From contig CM059440.1 of the NCBI GenBank assembly GCA_030390025.1, positions 69,998,001 through 70,062,000 on the forward strand: a DNA stretch of 64,000 nt, in the 5' to 3' direction. The stretch comes from Squalus acanthias. Lineage: Eukaryota. The notes beneath the pieces are model-generated. The model was not told where the DNA came from, ran no database searches, and worked only from the letters and a program-made list of their open reading frames with translations. Shown piece after piece: positions 11,040 to 23,716 of the stretch (within the stretch, counting starts at the first letter, position 1; every line of letters starts with the position of its first letter). A program made the translations under genes and the position numbers.

Positions 11040-12841
11040 GACATCCATAGCAACCACGGCAGACCGGCGACGGAGGCAGAGAGCCCGTAGGTTCTCCGAT
11101 GAAGCTCTTCAGGCATTGGTGTTCGCGGTGGAGAGGAGGCGGGCGGTCCTATACTCGCCAACTGGCAGGAGGCCCTCGCCACAAGTCTGTCGCACTATGT
11201 GGAGGGAGATAGCAGACCACATCGTGGGCAGCACTGTGGTCCCTAGGACCCACACCCAGTGCAGGAAGAAGTTTCTCACACGGGTGGTCAGGGTGAGTGA
11301 AGGCTTCAGCAAATGCCACATACCACCATCTGTACCACAAGCTTCAGAATGCACCACACCCCTAGCACTCACCCACCAACAATCTCTACCTATCAACACT
11401 CACACCCACATCTCACGCCTTGTACATAATGACAGCTATTCAACTATGGCAGGCACATCACACAAACACATTGCACCACACTCACTGACACACTTCCCTT
11501 GCTCTTGCGGGCTAAGGTTGCTCACAATTGTTCGGAGCAGGAGCAGACAGGCAGGGGCCAGGTAGACATTGAAGAGCTGAGCCAGCTAGAGAGTCGAGTG
11601 CTGGAGATCATTGGGCACCAGGTGGTTGGCACTGTGGCCACCGGTGACGTTGACCCCCTTGGGAACAACAAGGGTAGGTTCATTCCTAATCCTTCTTCTC
11701 ACATCCCACTTCCCCCTCAGCCCACAACCTTTTCTCACTTTCAAGCTACTCATGCATTTCTGGCTTCCCCGCCCCCCTCCCCTCACCATAACCCGACTCT
11801 CGTGCCTTTCTCCTTTCAGATAATCAGCAAGCACCCGAGCAGCCTGTCCCCAAAGTCACCGCTGAGAGCGAGGGGGGAAAAGAGGAGGAGGAAGAAGACA
11901 CCACATCACTGCATCTCTCACTCGCAGACACCAGCTCAGATACTGGCACTGTGCGTTATTTAGAGGCTAGTGTAGTAGCGGGATCTGCACAGAGTGAGGC
12001 ACCGGGGATGAGTGGGCTGCAGCAAGGCCAGGGGGAAAGACTAGCTTGGGAACCAGCCCTCCGGAGGGCGAGTTCGCGTGCATGTTCTGCTGCACAGGAC
12101 TCAGATGAGGACCTCGATGGGGAGGCCTTCAGAAGAAGGGTGATGGGCATGCACACAGAAATGATGAGTGCAATAGCAAGGCTGCCAGAGAGCCTCTCAG
12201 CAATGTCAAAGAGCGTGGAGGAGTCCACCTCCAACATTGCACAGGGCTCTATGCAGAGCATGGAGCCCAGGAATTCCAGTCTGGAAATGACGGTACACTC
12301 CCAGAGAGACCGTGGTGACCCAGATGTGATGGCACGCATGATGGGCAACGTCACAGCTTCCATTGCAGCACAGGCGGAAGCAACGCACCATCTTAGTGCT
12401 GCAGTGGAAGCTCAGACTGCTCTCATGCAGTCTCGGCTTGAAGACTCCCAAGCTCTGACTGCTGCCATCGTGGCTGGGTCTACCACCGTCGACCAGGGCT
12501 TTCACAGTGTCGTAGCAGGCCAGCAATCTGTGCTGCAACAGATTGTTAGGGATGCTGAGGCCCTGCCCTGGGAGAGTGGCAGTGGATCAGTGGAGCAGGA
12601 ACCTGCTGTCCTCTTTCAGGATGACAGCATTCCTGCTCCCACCACTGCCTGTCAGCCAGCCAGCCCAGACTGCTGCCGCACATGCCGAGGTGGTGCAGTC
12701 TACAGCCGGGCCGTCTAGGTCTACAGCTGGTCAACATCTGAAGTCTCCCACACGGAAACACAGCAGCCTTCCACCAGCCGTGCTGCAGCCACTGAGGGAG
12801 CACTGCGTAGGAGCACTAGATCAGGAAAAGACAGACACTAA
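11040..12841 (+). pseudogene. Harbinger Myb/SANT-like DNA-binding protein gene, three exons, degraded
   Basis: RARRFSDEALQALV...WREIA...RTHTQCRKKF; donor GTGAGT at 11293; exon 2 at 11511-11673 (acceptor mutated); exon 3 from 11820; ends LRRSTRSGKDRH* (TAA 12839-12841). Confidence 0.75.
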
Positions 12842-14442
12842 GGCCGCGATTTTCTTCTCGGTGTCGGGATGGGTGCAGGTCAGCTGGTTTCCGGGTTCCA
12901 GTCCTGGCCCCAGCTGCCTCTGGCCTTACCGGCCAATTACAAGAAGCGGGTCTGATGCCGTCATTTGATGACGCGTCATCTGCCGGTTTCCTTAAAGGGA
13001 CCATGCACAATATTATTTTGATGGTTGATTTTTCAGTGTTTGACAGCATTGAGGCAAACCCAGCCATGATGGCAGCAGTCAGAGCTTGGGTAGCTTCAAG
13101 CTGACACTGCATGACATCACTGCACAAAGGTGAACTCTTGCACCCAGGCTCTCCAATGACTCCCTCCATATGCTTATGGAGGGAGTCACAGTACTCAGGG
13201 AGGTTCTCTTCCCTTTCAAGGGCGGAAGGGACCTCCCCAGGACACCAGCTTACCTTGCACCTTCACCCAACCCTCTCTATCTACTTTATCACTTCCCCAT
13301 CTCACTAGCCACCCCTCACACTCACCCTCATTCTACTGCAAGCATACCAACTAACAACACACATGGATGGGCACTTTAGAGGTTTAGCCAATGTCCATGT
13401 GAAGTTTCTGGTAATGTGTTGTCATACACTGAAGTCTCTTTTTCAAAAAGTGCCCCTTATTGGACAGATCTGAGCGCACATTGAGAAGTATCTTACTGAG
13501 TTCCAGTGATTGTTCGGTCATAACTCCACCCGCCCCACCCACCCCCCCCCACCCCGCCCACCCAGCTATAGTGATGTGTGTGCATGGAATGGCTTGGACA
13601 TTAAAGGGATGCTTCACGGTGCTGGTGTGGGATGGTGTCAACCTGGCACATCATGTGGCATCCAGGGTTTACAGCATCAAGTGAAGAAAGTCTGGCCATG
13701 CTGATACCATCGCTGGCCTCCCAGCCAACAATTTTGTCAGGGGCTGATGCCCTGTGTCCAGTGCAGCATCAGGTGATGGCGGCGAAGGTTGGTGATGAGG
13801 TTGGTGATGTTGGTGTGCCTGGTGATGTTGGTGTTGGGGATGATTGTGGAAAGATTCGGAGGACCAAGGTCTGATTGTTTCATTGGCTCAGATGTTGCTG
13901 CAATAGATGGCAGCTGCATGTGAGGTGACAGAAGCGATAGTTAACTGGTGAGAGAGGTTCTCCCAATGAGGTGGCACTGGACATACAGTTGGATTTTAAA
14001 ACTTGTAAGCTAAAGAAATCTGTATATGTTTTAAAAATGCAGTAACCAACATTTTCTTTGCTCTGAAACTCACCGTGTGCAACACGGCATCCTTGACACC
14101 ACTTCTGCAGCTGTCATCTTTTCACAAACATTAGACCAGACTCACAACACATCACACTTACCTGGTGTGTTGTCCGGACGTCGTGAAACCCAACCCAGAA
14201 GCTGGAAAATCGAAAAAGACCCTGAAAATTGCTCACAAGTACCTGGTAATAGGCAGTTAATTGCCTTTAATCCGTTTCCCGCCGCTAGGTGTCGGGTCCA
14301 TTCGCAAATCGGGGACCCGACACTTGGGAAGGTTGTGTGGAGGCGGGTTGATGGCGGGTGTGGAACTCGCCGTCAATCAAAATGACTTTAACCTCTGACC
14401 CGCCTTCAAACCCACCCTCTGAGCGCAGGCAAAATCGCGGCC
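12842..14442 (-). mobile_element. Non-autonomous Harbinger derivative (1.6-kb family), copy 1
   Basis: TIRs GGCCGCGATTTT / AAAATCGCGGCC; TSD TAA/CAA; Myb remnant APRLSNDSLHMLMEGVTVLREVLFP; opposite orientation to copies 2 and 3. Confidence 0.85.
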
Positions 14443-14644
14443 CAAGGGATTGCACAAGGGTGATTAGTTAATAGCATTAATGTAAATATGTGTGATATGA
14501 TTATAGATAAATTTATTAATTGTGTTTGGAATCTTTTGTGGTATCTCTCATTTCAGCTTTGTGCCCAGGAGGATGCTGTGATATGGCATGAGACAGGGAT
14601 GGTATGATGGGGATGTGGTGAGCTACGGGGATCTGGGGTTTCAT

Positions 14645-15792
14645 TCATGGGAATTGGAGTCGGATGAGCCAGTCATGGACAGCCCGTCCGGAAGGCCAAT
14701 TGTCTGCCTGCCTCCTCCCTCCCTCCTCGTCCTCCTCCTCCTCCTCGTCCTCCTCTCCCTCGTCCTCCTCCTGAGGTGGTCCCGCAATCCCTGCTGGCAA
14801 GGGCTGCGCCCTCATGGTGGCCAAGTTGTGGAGCATGCAGCAGACCACCACAAAATGGGTCACCCACTCAGCCGAGTACTGGAGGGCTCCTCCCGAGCGG
14901 TCAAGGCAGCGGAACTGTTGCTTCAGTAGGCAGATGGTCTGATTGATAATGTTCCAGGTGGCAGCATGGCTTTCATTATATGAGTGTTGGGCACGAGTGT
15001 TGGGGTTGCGAAGGGGAGTCATGAGCCAGGTGGAGAGCGGATAGCTCTTGTCTCCGAGCAGCCACCCTCGAGCCTGACGTGATGGCTGGAAGAGTGCTGG
15101 CACACCGGTCTAGCACAGGATGACGGCATCGTGGTTGCTGCCAGGATAGCGGGCATTGACATTGAGGATTCGCTGTGCATGGTGCACACCAATTGCACGT
15201 TAAGTGAGTGGTTACGGAAGATCTCAGTATTGTTATGCAGTGCCCGCAAAACCACGTGGGTGATGCCAGTGGCGCCCTGCGCCATGGGGAAGCCTGCTAT
15301 CCTGGCAAAGCCACATGCATGCTCGTCCTGCTTCTCTCTGATCGGGAAGCCAATGTTGTCCCTTCTCCTGGTGTAGAGAGCCTCTGTGATCTCCCGGATG
15401 CAGCAATGGACGGCGAACTGCGAGATGTTAGCTATGTCTCCTGTTGCAGACTGGAAGGATCCGTTGGTGAAAAAATTGAGGGCAATGGTGACCTTGACTG
15501 CCACTGGGAGAGCCGTGGTCGACCTGGTCTGAGGCTGGAGGTCTGGTTGCAGGAGGTGGCAGAGTTCTGCGGCCACCTCCTTGGTGAAGCAGAGTCTCCT
15601 AATACACTGCTCCTGGCTTAAATGAAGATAGGAGAAGTGCTGTTGGCAGACCCTAGGTGGGTAAGGCCTCCTGTTGAGAGCCCTGATGGCCCTCCTCCTC
15701 CCCCTGCGTACATGTTCCCGTCTTTCTCGCTGCCTCTGTTCCCTCCGCCATAGATCCTGGAGGGCGAGGTCGACTGCCAGTACAGCCCCCAT
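14645..15792 (-). pseudogene. Harbinger transposase pseudogene
   Basis: ORFs 15019..15804 and 14645..15103; frameshifts; first catalytic motif and the Glu motif altered (GATGITH, INQTI). Confidence 0.88.
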
Positions 15793-17309
15793 GACTTTTA
15801 GCAAGTGTTACAGTTTGAAGGGTGTCAAAAATAATTAGGGTGTTTTGTACTTGCCAGAACACTCCCTGATACCAACTAACCTTGAAATAGCTAAACAAAA
15901 CAGTTGCAGGAAGTAGCACACAGCCACTCAAACTGCAAAAGCCTGTCAGGTGCGAGGGATTGGTGACGATCCCTTTAAATATCGTCGCTGGAGCCAGCTT
16001 CCAGTAGCTGCACACCAGCTCTACCTGCCGTTGCTTTCTCCAGCCGATAACTGCAATGGCCAAAACGAGATTGGGAGATCGGGTGTCAAGTGAGCATTGC
16101 ACACTGACTGATGTCATGATCTCTGTGATTGTGATGTCCCCCAGCAATCGAGTTTAGCGGCAGCGCTACCGGCAACACGCAAATGCCATGCGACGCTAGA
16201 ATCGGCATCAGTTGGCGGTAGAGCACCGACCAGCATTTTAGCGCCATCTTGTGGTGCTAACGTGTGACGCTAAACACACGGATTTCTCCCCCCTCAAAGA
16301 AAATACAGGTCTTGCACTAGTGATGGTCTAAGTTCTCCCTTGGATTAAGATAAAAGTTTTTTTTACATTTGATGAAATTTTTGCAGAAAAAAGAGTCCCA
16401 TGGTGGGCTGAAAGAGAATGTATTTACACTTTTAAAGGCACGCTACATTTTTATATTTGTTTTCTCCTTTAAGAAGAGCAATATTGAGATTTGAGGTGGT
16501 GAATTGAATGGCTTTGTACAATAGGTGAACAGGTGAGTCCTTAATTGAGGCAAGTTAGTGACAGGCTGATTAATTAACTGTGTTCCTTCTGGCAATCATG
16601 CTCATGTGACAGCCTTAACCTTCAATTAAGAATTTCAGAATAAACTGTAACTGTTGTGATGGACACTGATACATTTCACAACCGTGGCATGCCACCAAAC
16701 GCATTAAGATTCAAACAGAAAAGTCAGGTACTCTGGCATGGTAAGTATTGCTTACATTGAAGTGCATTAATACACATCCATTCAACATGTTGTGATAGAT
16801 CCATTCCAACCTTGCTGATGGCTGCAGTCATTTGACGTAGGAAGAGTTCAAAGGGCGTATGCGCTGGGAACACATGTCCGAGGCACGTGGTGTATTGGAT
16901 AACGTGTGTAATTTATTACAATTGTTTTAAACAAGTCTCCTTTATTCACTAATGCACTTTTTGTATTGGCCTTTCTGTATTCCTACCACTCTAAATTAAA
17001 GCAACAGAATAGTGACCTTTTCGTGAAGCACTGGAAAGTGCTGGGAAATTGAAACCGAATGATGAAAGACCATAGTGCAATTTTTCCAGTCCCAGTGCTG
17101 AAACAGCAGGAATGCAGTGCCGTGGGCTTTACAAGGGATTAGAAGGGATGTGGCCACTTAAAGCTCAGTGTCTGCCTATATGGGGACTGAGATTTATAGG
17201 TAATCTATTAAAAGCCTTTATAAAGGCTGTTTGAAATGTGTGGATTCAGGAAATGGAGTCTGCCACCAAGAGATGGAGCAGTGGTTCATGAAGTGTCAGT
17301 GCTGCTGCA

Positions 17310-17313
<4 letters not shown>

Positions 17314-17345
<32 letters not shown>
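17314..17345. repeat. (GT)16 microsatellite
   Basis: Seen directly. Confidence 0.95.
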
Positions 17346-17348
<3 letters not shown>

Positions 17349-17925
17349 AGGAGGGCTGCCCTGTTTAGTACTCTCTCCAGAGGGCAACAGTGCTGCATGG
17401 TTCACAGGAGGTGGCAGCCAGGCTCAGCTCTGTGTGCACTATCCGTGTGACTAGTAAACCGATGTGGAAAAAGACGGCAAACCTTAAGGAAGCTGCCAAG
17501 ATAAGCCTACCCAATGGTACCATTTACACAGTACATCGCTCATCTATGCAAGCCACAATGTGCTGCCAGGCAAACTGTTACGCATTTGCTGCTGGCCCCT
17601 GTACTTGGGGGAAATGGAGCACTGCAGTGATATTGAGCAGCCATGATTTGGTCCTAGTGCTAGTCCGTAGCAAAAGAGAGTAAATAACTGGCTATATTGA
17701 CCTATGCATCAGTCACTTGTTCCATATATCTGTGGGCAGCACATTGACTGACAGTGCAGATGATCCCTTTGCTAGACTGACATGTTGAACTACATAGACA
17801 AAACAGTACAATACAAGCCATAAGAAGTTGGGATCAAACTGTACCGTGCTCTGGTTAGACCACACCCCGAGTACTGTATTCAGTTCTAGTCACTGAGAAA
17901 CAAGGAAGACATTCAAACTCTAGAG

Positions 17926-18955
17926 GCTATCCTTGGCCCCCTCCTATTTCTCATCTACATGTTGCCCCTCGGCAACATCATCCGAAAACACAACGTCAGA
18001 TTCCATATGTATGCTGACGACACCCAATTCTAACTCGCCACAAACTCTCTCGGCCCTTCCACTGTCTCTAATTTGTCAGACTGCTTGTCCGACGTCCAGT
18101 ACTAGATGAGCAGTAATTTCCTCCAACTAAATAATGGGAAGACCGAAGCCATTGTCTTCAATCCCCGCCACAAACTCCGTTCCCTAGCCACCGACTCCAT
18201 CCCTCTCCCTGCCAACTGTCTGAGGCTGAACCAGATCGTTCACAACCTTGGTGTCGTATTTGACCCTGAGATGTACTTCCAACCACATATCCGCTCTATC
18301 ACCAAGACTGCCTACTTCCACCTCCATAACATTGCCCGCCTCCACCCCGCCTCAGCTCATCTGCTGCTGAAACCCTCATCTATGCCTTTGTTACCTCTAG
18401 ACTTGACTATTCTAATGCTCCTGGCCGGCCTCCCATCTTCCACCCTCCATAAACTTGAACTCATCCAGAACTCGGCTGCCCATGTCCTAGCTCGCACCAA
18501 GTCCCGTTCACCCATCACCCCTGTGCTCGCTGACCTACACTGGCTCCCGATTAAGCAGCGCCTCAATTTTAAAATTCTCATGCTTGTTCTCAATTCCCTC
18601 CATGGCCTCGCCCCTCCTTATCTCTGTAACCTCCTCCAGCCGTACAACCTCCGAGATCTCTGCACTCCTCCAACTCTGACTTCTTGCGCATCTCCTATTT
18701 TAATCGCCGTGCTTTCAGCAGCCTATGCCCTAAGCTCTGGAATTCCCTCCCTAAACCTCTCCGCCTCTCTACCTCTCTCTCCTCCTTTAAGATGCTCCTT
18801 AAAACCTACCTCTTTGACCAAGCTTTTGGTCAGCTGCCCTAATATCTCCTTATGTGGCTCGGTATCAAATCTTGTTTGATAATCACTCCTGTGAAGCGGC
18901 TTGGGACATTTTACAACGTTAAAGGCGCTATATAAATACAAGTTGTTGTTGTTGT
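17926..18955 (+). mobile_element. L2 LINE 3' fragment
   Basis: [43 protein letters not shown]; tail GCGCTATATAAATACAA(GTT)n. Confidence 0.9.
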
Positions 18956-19216
18956 AGAGGCAGTACAGCGAAAAGCTATGAATCTGATCCTTAGGGCTCG
19001 ATTTTAATAGCCCTGAGGAGGCGGGTTTGGAGGCAGGTGGGCAGTGAAAATCAGAAAAAAATATCTTCAGACTGCCAACCCGCCTCCATCCCGCCCCCAC
19101 CCGATTTTCGTGAGTGTCGGGTCAGCCGCTCCCAAACTGACCCGACTGGAACCGGTGGGACAGGTAGTTAAAGCAATTAAGAGCTTGTTAACTGCCTTGC
19201 TAATCCTATCGGCGCA

Positions 19217-19916
19217 TCGGTACATCGGCGAGACCATGCAGACACTGCGACAACGTATGAACGGATACCGCGCAACAATCGCCAGGCAGGAGTGTTCCCT
19301 CCCAGTCGGGGAACACTTCAGCAGTCAAGGACATTCAGCCTCCGATCTTCGAGTAAGCGTTCTCCAAGGCGGCCTTCGAGACACACAACAACGCAAAATC
19401 GTCGAGCAGAAACTGATATCCAAGTTCCACACCCATGAGGACGGTCTCAACCGGGATCTTGGGTTCATGTCACGCTACATGTAACCCCACCTGACGTAGA
19501 GTCATCCAGACTCGAGTCGTCGTTGGCTTGTTCTCTCTACACAGATGCGGCCGGACCTGCTGTGATTTCCAGCAAAAAAAGTTTTTTGTTTTCCATACAG
19601 ACCCCAGCATCTGCCACCTTGTCTTTGATGTAATGTTTGCCTGACTGACCTGTTTGGACACCATCCACACCTTTGATTGCCGAGATTATCTGTCTGCCGA
19701 GGTGTGATAAAGGGCAGTTGGAAAGATTAACTGCAATCATCTGGCTGTGTTCTCTGACTATATATGCTGTGCCTATATGTATCTCTTCACTTCACCTGAC
19801 GAAGGAGCAGCGCTCCGAAAGCTTGTGATTTCAAATAAAACTGTTGGACTATAACCTGGTGTTGTGCGACTTCTCACATTTGTCCACCCCAGTCCAACAC
19901 CGGCATCTTCACATCA
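19217..19916 (+). mobile_element. Penelope-like family A, 5'-truncated (GIY-YIG C-terminus plus 3' UTR)
   Basis: YIGETMQTLRQRMNGYR...PVGEHFS...RKIVEQKLISKFHTHEDGLNRD; ends with the same tail as the palindromic minis. Confidence 0.9.
19792..19828 (+). ncRNA. Minimal hammerhead ribozyme motif
   Basis: Identical to 3311-3347. Confidence 0.8.
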
Positions 19917-22900
19917 TATTTTTATAGTGGTTTCCCATTTTGGTGCTTCTGGCTCCTGTTTCCCGTCTTGTCAGAAACACGCCAGCTGCAAGGAGACGAG
20001 GTTCTCACGGACATGATTTGTAGTCATTGTAAAGCGCTCCTGTAACATGGCTGACATTCAAATGCAACAACTTTGTTGTTGGAGGTTTGGAATAAGATTT
20101 TGCAAATCTACTGACCTCGTGACTGTTCAATCTGACACCCATCTGCAGTGTTACCTGATTGGAATAATTTCAGGTCACATTGAGTGCGATTGCAAGCTTT
20201 TTGCCTCAACTGAAATCTATAGCAACGGGATGGGAACCATTTACATCCTCTCATCCTGGTCGTCAGATTCGGAGGAAGAGCAGCTGCGGCAGCACCACAA
20301 CCAGCCACAACAGCAGCACCAGCACCAAGAGCGCCAACCTCCTCCTCACCCACCTGATGCTGCACTGGACACAGGGCATTAACCCTTGACAAAATTGCTG
20401 GCCGGGAGGCCAGAAAAGGCATCACCATGGCCAGATTTTCTTCACTTGATGCTGTAAACCCTGGCTGCCACTTGATGTGCCAGGTTGACACCATCCCACA
20501 CCAGCACCAGGAAGCATCCCTTTAATGTCCAAGCCATTCCATGCACACACATCACTATAGTGCGGGGGGGTGGGGGGATAATGGAGGAGTTATGACTGAA
20601 CAATCACTGGAACTCAGTAAGACACCTCTCAATGTGCGCTCAGATCTGTCCAATAAGGGGCACTTTTGGAAAAAGATATTACATTGCATGACAACACATT
20701 ACCAGAAACTTCACATGGACATTGGCTAAATCTCTCAAGTGCCTACTCTTGTGTGTTGTTAGTTGGTATGCTTGCAGTAGGATTAGGGTGATTGTGAGAG
20801 GTGGCTAGTGAGATGAGGAAGTGATAAAGTAGATAGAGAGGGTTGGTTGGAGGTTCAAGGTAAGTTGGTGTCCTGGTGAGGTCTCTTCCACCCTTGGAAG
20901 GGAAGAGAACCTCCCTGCATGCTGTGACTCCCTCTATAAGCATATGGAGGGCGTCACTGGAGAGCCTGGGGCCACGTGTTCACCTTTGTTCAGTGATTGT
21001 CAGTGTTCGCAGCATCTCAATGCTGTCAAACACTGACAGATCAACTGTCAAAATTAAATTGTGCATGGTCCCTTTAAGGAAACCGGCAAATGACCTCATC
21101 AGACCCGCTTCCTGTTAATTGGCCGGGAAGCCCGCAGGGCGGGTTTAACAAGACCAATCAAGGGAAAATTACGTCTGCTGAGCGGAGGCAGCTGGGGGCG
21201 GGACCGGAACCCATAAACCAGCGGACCCGCCCCATCCTGCCTCCAGAATTAAATTCGCGGCCTTAGTGTCAAGAGGTCTGAGCTATCTAGTGCTTGAGAA
21301 TCTTAGGCTTTTCACTCTGTAATGGAGGCATCTGAGAGATGATCTTCTAGAGGTATATAGAAAACGACTTTAAATTTAACTCTTGGTGTAGAACAAGGGG
21401 GCTCAGGTTCATACTAGTAAAAGATCATTTTAGCACTGATATCAGAAAGTTTTTCCTCATCCAGAGTGGTCAACCCTTGGGATGGACTTCCAAATAAAAC
21501 TTCCAAACAATCAGATGTTGCAGACAGGGGACTATAGGGTCTCGATGGATGGATGAACTAAAGGGCCAAATGGTCATCTTTATCCATAAGTATCCCGTGA
21601 TCTTGCGAAAATCAAAAAGTTGAATAAACTGGTAGCCTTGCTTGCCACTGACAGTGCTGTCCCTATGGTGAAGGTTGGATGTGGGCGTCTTGCCGCAGAT
21701 GGAATAGGTCTTCAAGAGGCTTCGTGCTGATGCAGAACCTGCAGAATCAACCCCACATGATCATTGTCAGGTAGGTGTGCCAAAGCCTTCAGAGATGGGT
21801 GGTAGCGTCACGGTAGGTATGGCCAATCTGGCTCTGATGCCTGCTGATCGCCATGGCATGTCTTTTTTTTTAACCTTCTGCCACTTAAATCGCAAAATAC
21901 TCTGTGTCAGATGTCTTCACAGCAAACAACAAGTTTAAGAGAGCAAAGTCTTGCCAAAGGGTACTCCATTTGGTGTAGTTTCCAGCTAGATGCTGTGCGC
22001 ATGCTGTGGTGGTATCAACGCTGACATTATGGGACACGCTTTACGGATTCTGCCGCCTTTAAGGGTCTCCCATTCTGCTGTGATATCAGTACCAATAAGG
22101 GTGCTCCCACGATTCCCCTGGTCCCAGCAGAGAGTACTGGTTGGAGACAGGGTACAACATTGTGGATGACATTCTACGGCCTGCAATCCCTGTGAAAGTG
22201 GTTCATGTTGGTCGCGTGGGATCGGAGAATCACATGGAAAGATTTTTGCTGTTTCTCAAGCATTCCGACCCAGCCTGATCTGGAAACACAGGAAAAATAC
22301 ATTAAATATGAGCTGGGAAAAGAAATAAAATAAAATTGCTTGCTCCTAGATTTTACCCTTTAATGTCTGTTTATAATGGACAAAGGTATCGATAGGCAAC
22401 ACCTCCTCCCAAACACTGGAAATGTAAATGAGCCTGCTAAATGTCTTCATTATCATGCTGTGTGTATCCATGATTAGGCTCCCACGCAGAATGAGCGGGA
22501 ATGGATATTGTCAACGTATAGCCTGTAAGCAAATCACCATGGGGCACGTTTGCAGTGAGGAATAGACCGGGGGCACTTTGTCCACAGTTGCCCGAATCCC
22601 GCCAGTGATACCAATACTGCATCACTAGGAATATAACTGTGTCAGCAACCATCCTGTGAAACAGCCTGACCATGCAATTATGATTGGTAAGCCAGCCGTT
22701 ATTAAACAAAAGTTTTAAAAATTGATGATGAAAACATTTTTATTCATCATTTTTTAATTACGGTTGTTCTAAAAAAAAAAATATGATGGGAATGAATTTT
22801 TTGGACAGTTACTTGAGGATCGGGCTATTGCAGGATTTTATCCTAAGCAGCTCCTTTAACCATTAAAATGAGTAGTGACCACTTTTGATGGCAGCTGCTC

Positions 22901-22994
22901 TATTAAATGCAGTAATTTTATTTGAAAGAACAGTGCTTTGATGCAACATTATAAAACCGCGCTGATGCTGAGCACAAAACTAACACTAATTGAG

Positions 22995-23125
22995 CAGTCT
23001 GAGGAAAGGTTATACATCTGAAATGTTAACCCATTTTTTCTCTTTACCGATTCGATCGGACCTCTTTTACGATTCCACCATTTTCTGCTTCTACTTCAGA
23101 TTTTCAACATAATGCAGTTTTTCTT
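22995..23125 (+). mobile_element. Degenerate PLE family B 3' module with decayed hammerhead
   Basis: CTGAGGAAAGGT...ATCTGAAATGTTAAC followed by sequence similar to 46210-46320. Confidence 0.55.
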
Positions 23126-23338
23126 TAATTATAATCCAGCACCAATGGACACTAATTAGGATTCTTAGCATAGCTGGTGTGTCTTATTGATGCTGCCAGG
23201 GTTGGGGATAATGTACATTTTGGGACAGCATAGAAGGAGCTTTAATCTGCACACACCCTGTTCTATGGCTGACTTGAAAGTACACAAAAATGAGAAGTCG
23301 CACAACACCAGGTTATAGTCCAACAGATTTATTTAAAA

Positions 23339-23376
23339 TTACAAGCTTTCGGAGCTGTTGCCCCTTCATCAGGTAA
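23339..23376 (-). ncRNA. Minimal hammerhead ribozyme motif
   Basis: Minus strand TTAC-CTGATGA-A-GGGGC-AACA-GCTCC-GAAAGCTT-GTAA. Confidence 0.75.
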
Positions 23377-23678
23377 AGGTACAATGAGGGAATCTACAAT
23401 ATTACACAGTATATAAACACCGAAAGCAATTTGTCTGCAGAGATACAATCTTTCAGGGAGGCATTACATCAAAGACACACCAGAGTACAGCCAAGGCAAT
23501 GAGATGGGTCACAGGGGGTCCAACGTGTCAAATCCGAAGGACCCCCTGTGACCCATCTCATTGTCTTGGCTGTGCTCTGGTGTGTCTTTGATGTAATGCC
23601 TCCCTGAAAGATTGTATCTCTGCAGACAAATTGCTTTCTGTGTTTATATACTGTGTAATAGATTCCCTCATTGTACCT

Positions 23679-23716
23679 TTACCTGACGAAGGGGCAACAG
23701 CTCCGAAAGCTTGTAA
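23679..23716 (+). ncRNA. Minimal hammerhead ribozyme motif (covariant stem I)
   Basis: TTAC-CTGACGA-A-GGGGC-AACA-GCTCC-GAAAGCTT-GTAA. Confidence 0.8.

Larger units (their letters stand above)
10708..16293. mobile_element. Full-length but decayed autonomous Harbinger with convergent Myb/SANT and transposase genes
   Basis: Right TIR GATTTCTCCCCCC at 16293; degenerate left TIR GGACTAGAAATTC near 10710; possible TCA TSD; both Harbinger genes present. Confidence 0.75.
18994..21262 (+). mobile_element. Non-autonomous Harbinger derivative, copy 2 (variant left half)
   Basis: TIRs GGGCTCGATTTT / AAATTCGCGGCC; TSD TTA; transposase N-terminal remnant MGTIYILSSWSSDSEEEQ; Myb remnant on minus strand. 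Confidence 0.85.
17815..21600 (+). mobile_element. Old CR1 3' fragment split into pieces (17815-17925, 18956-18993, 21263-21600)
   Basis: GTTAGACCACACCCCGAGTACTG... resumes after the L2 and Harbinger insertions with degraded CR1 3' sequence. Confidence 0.55.
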
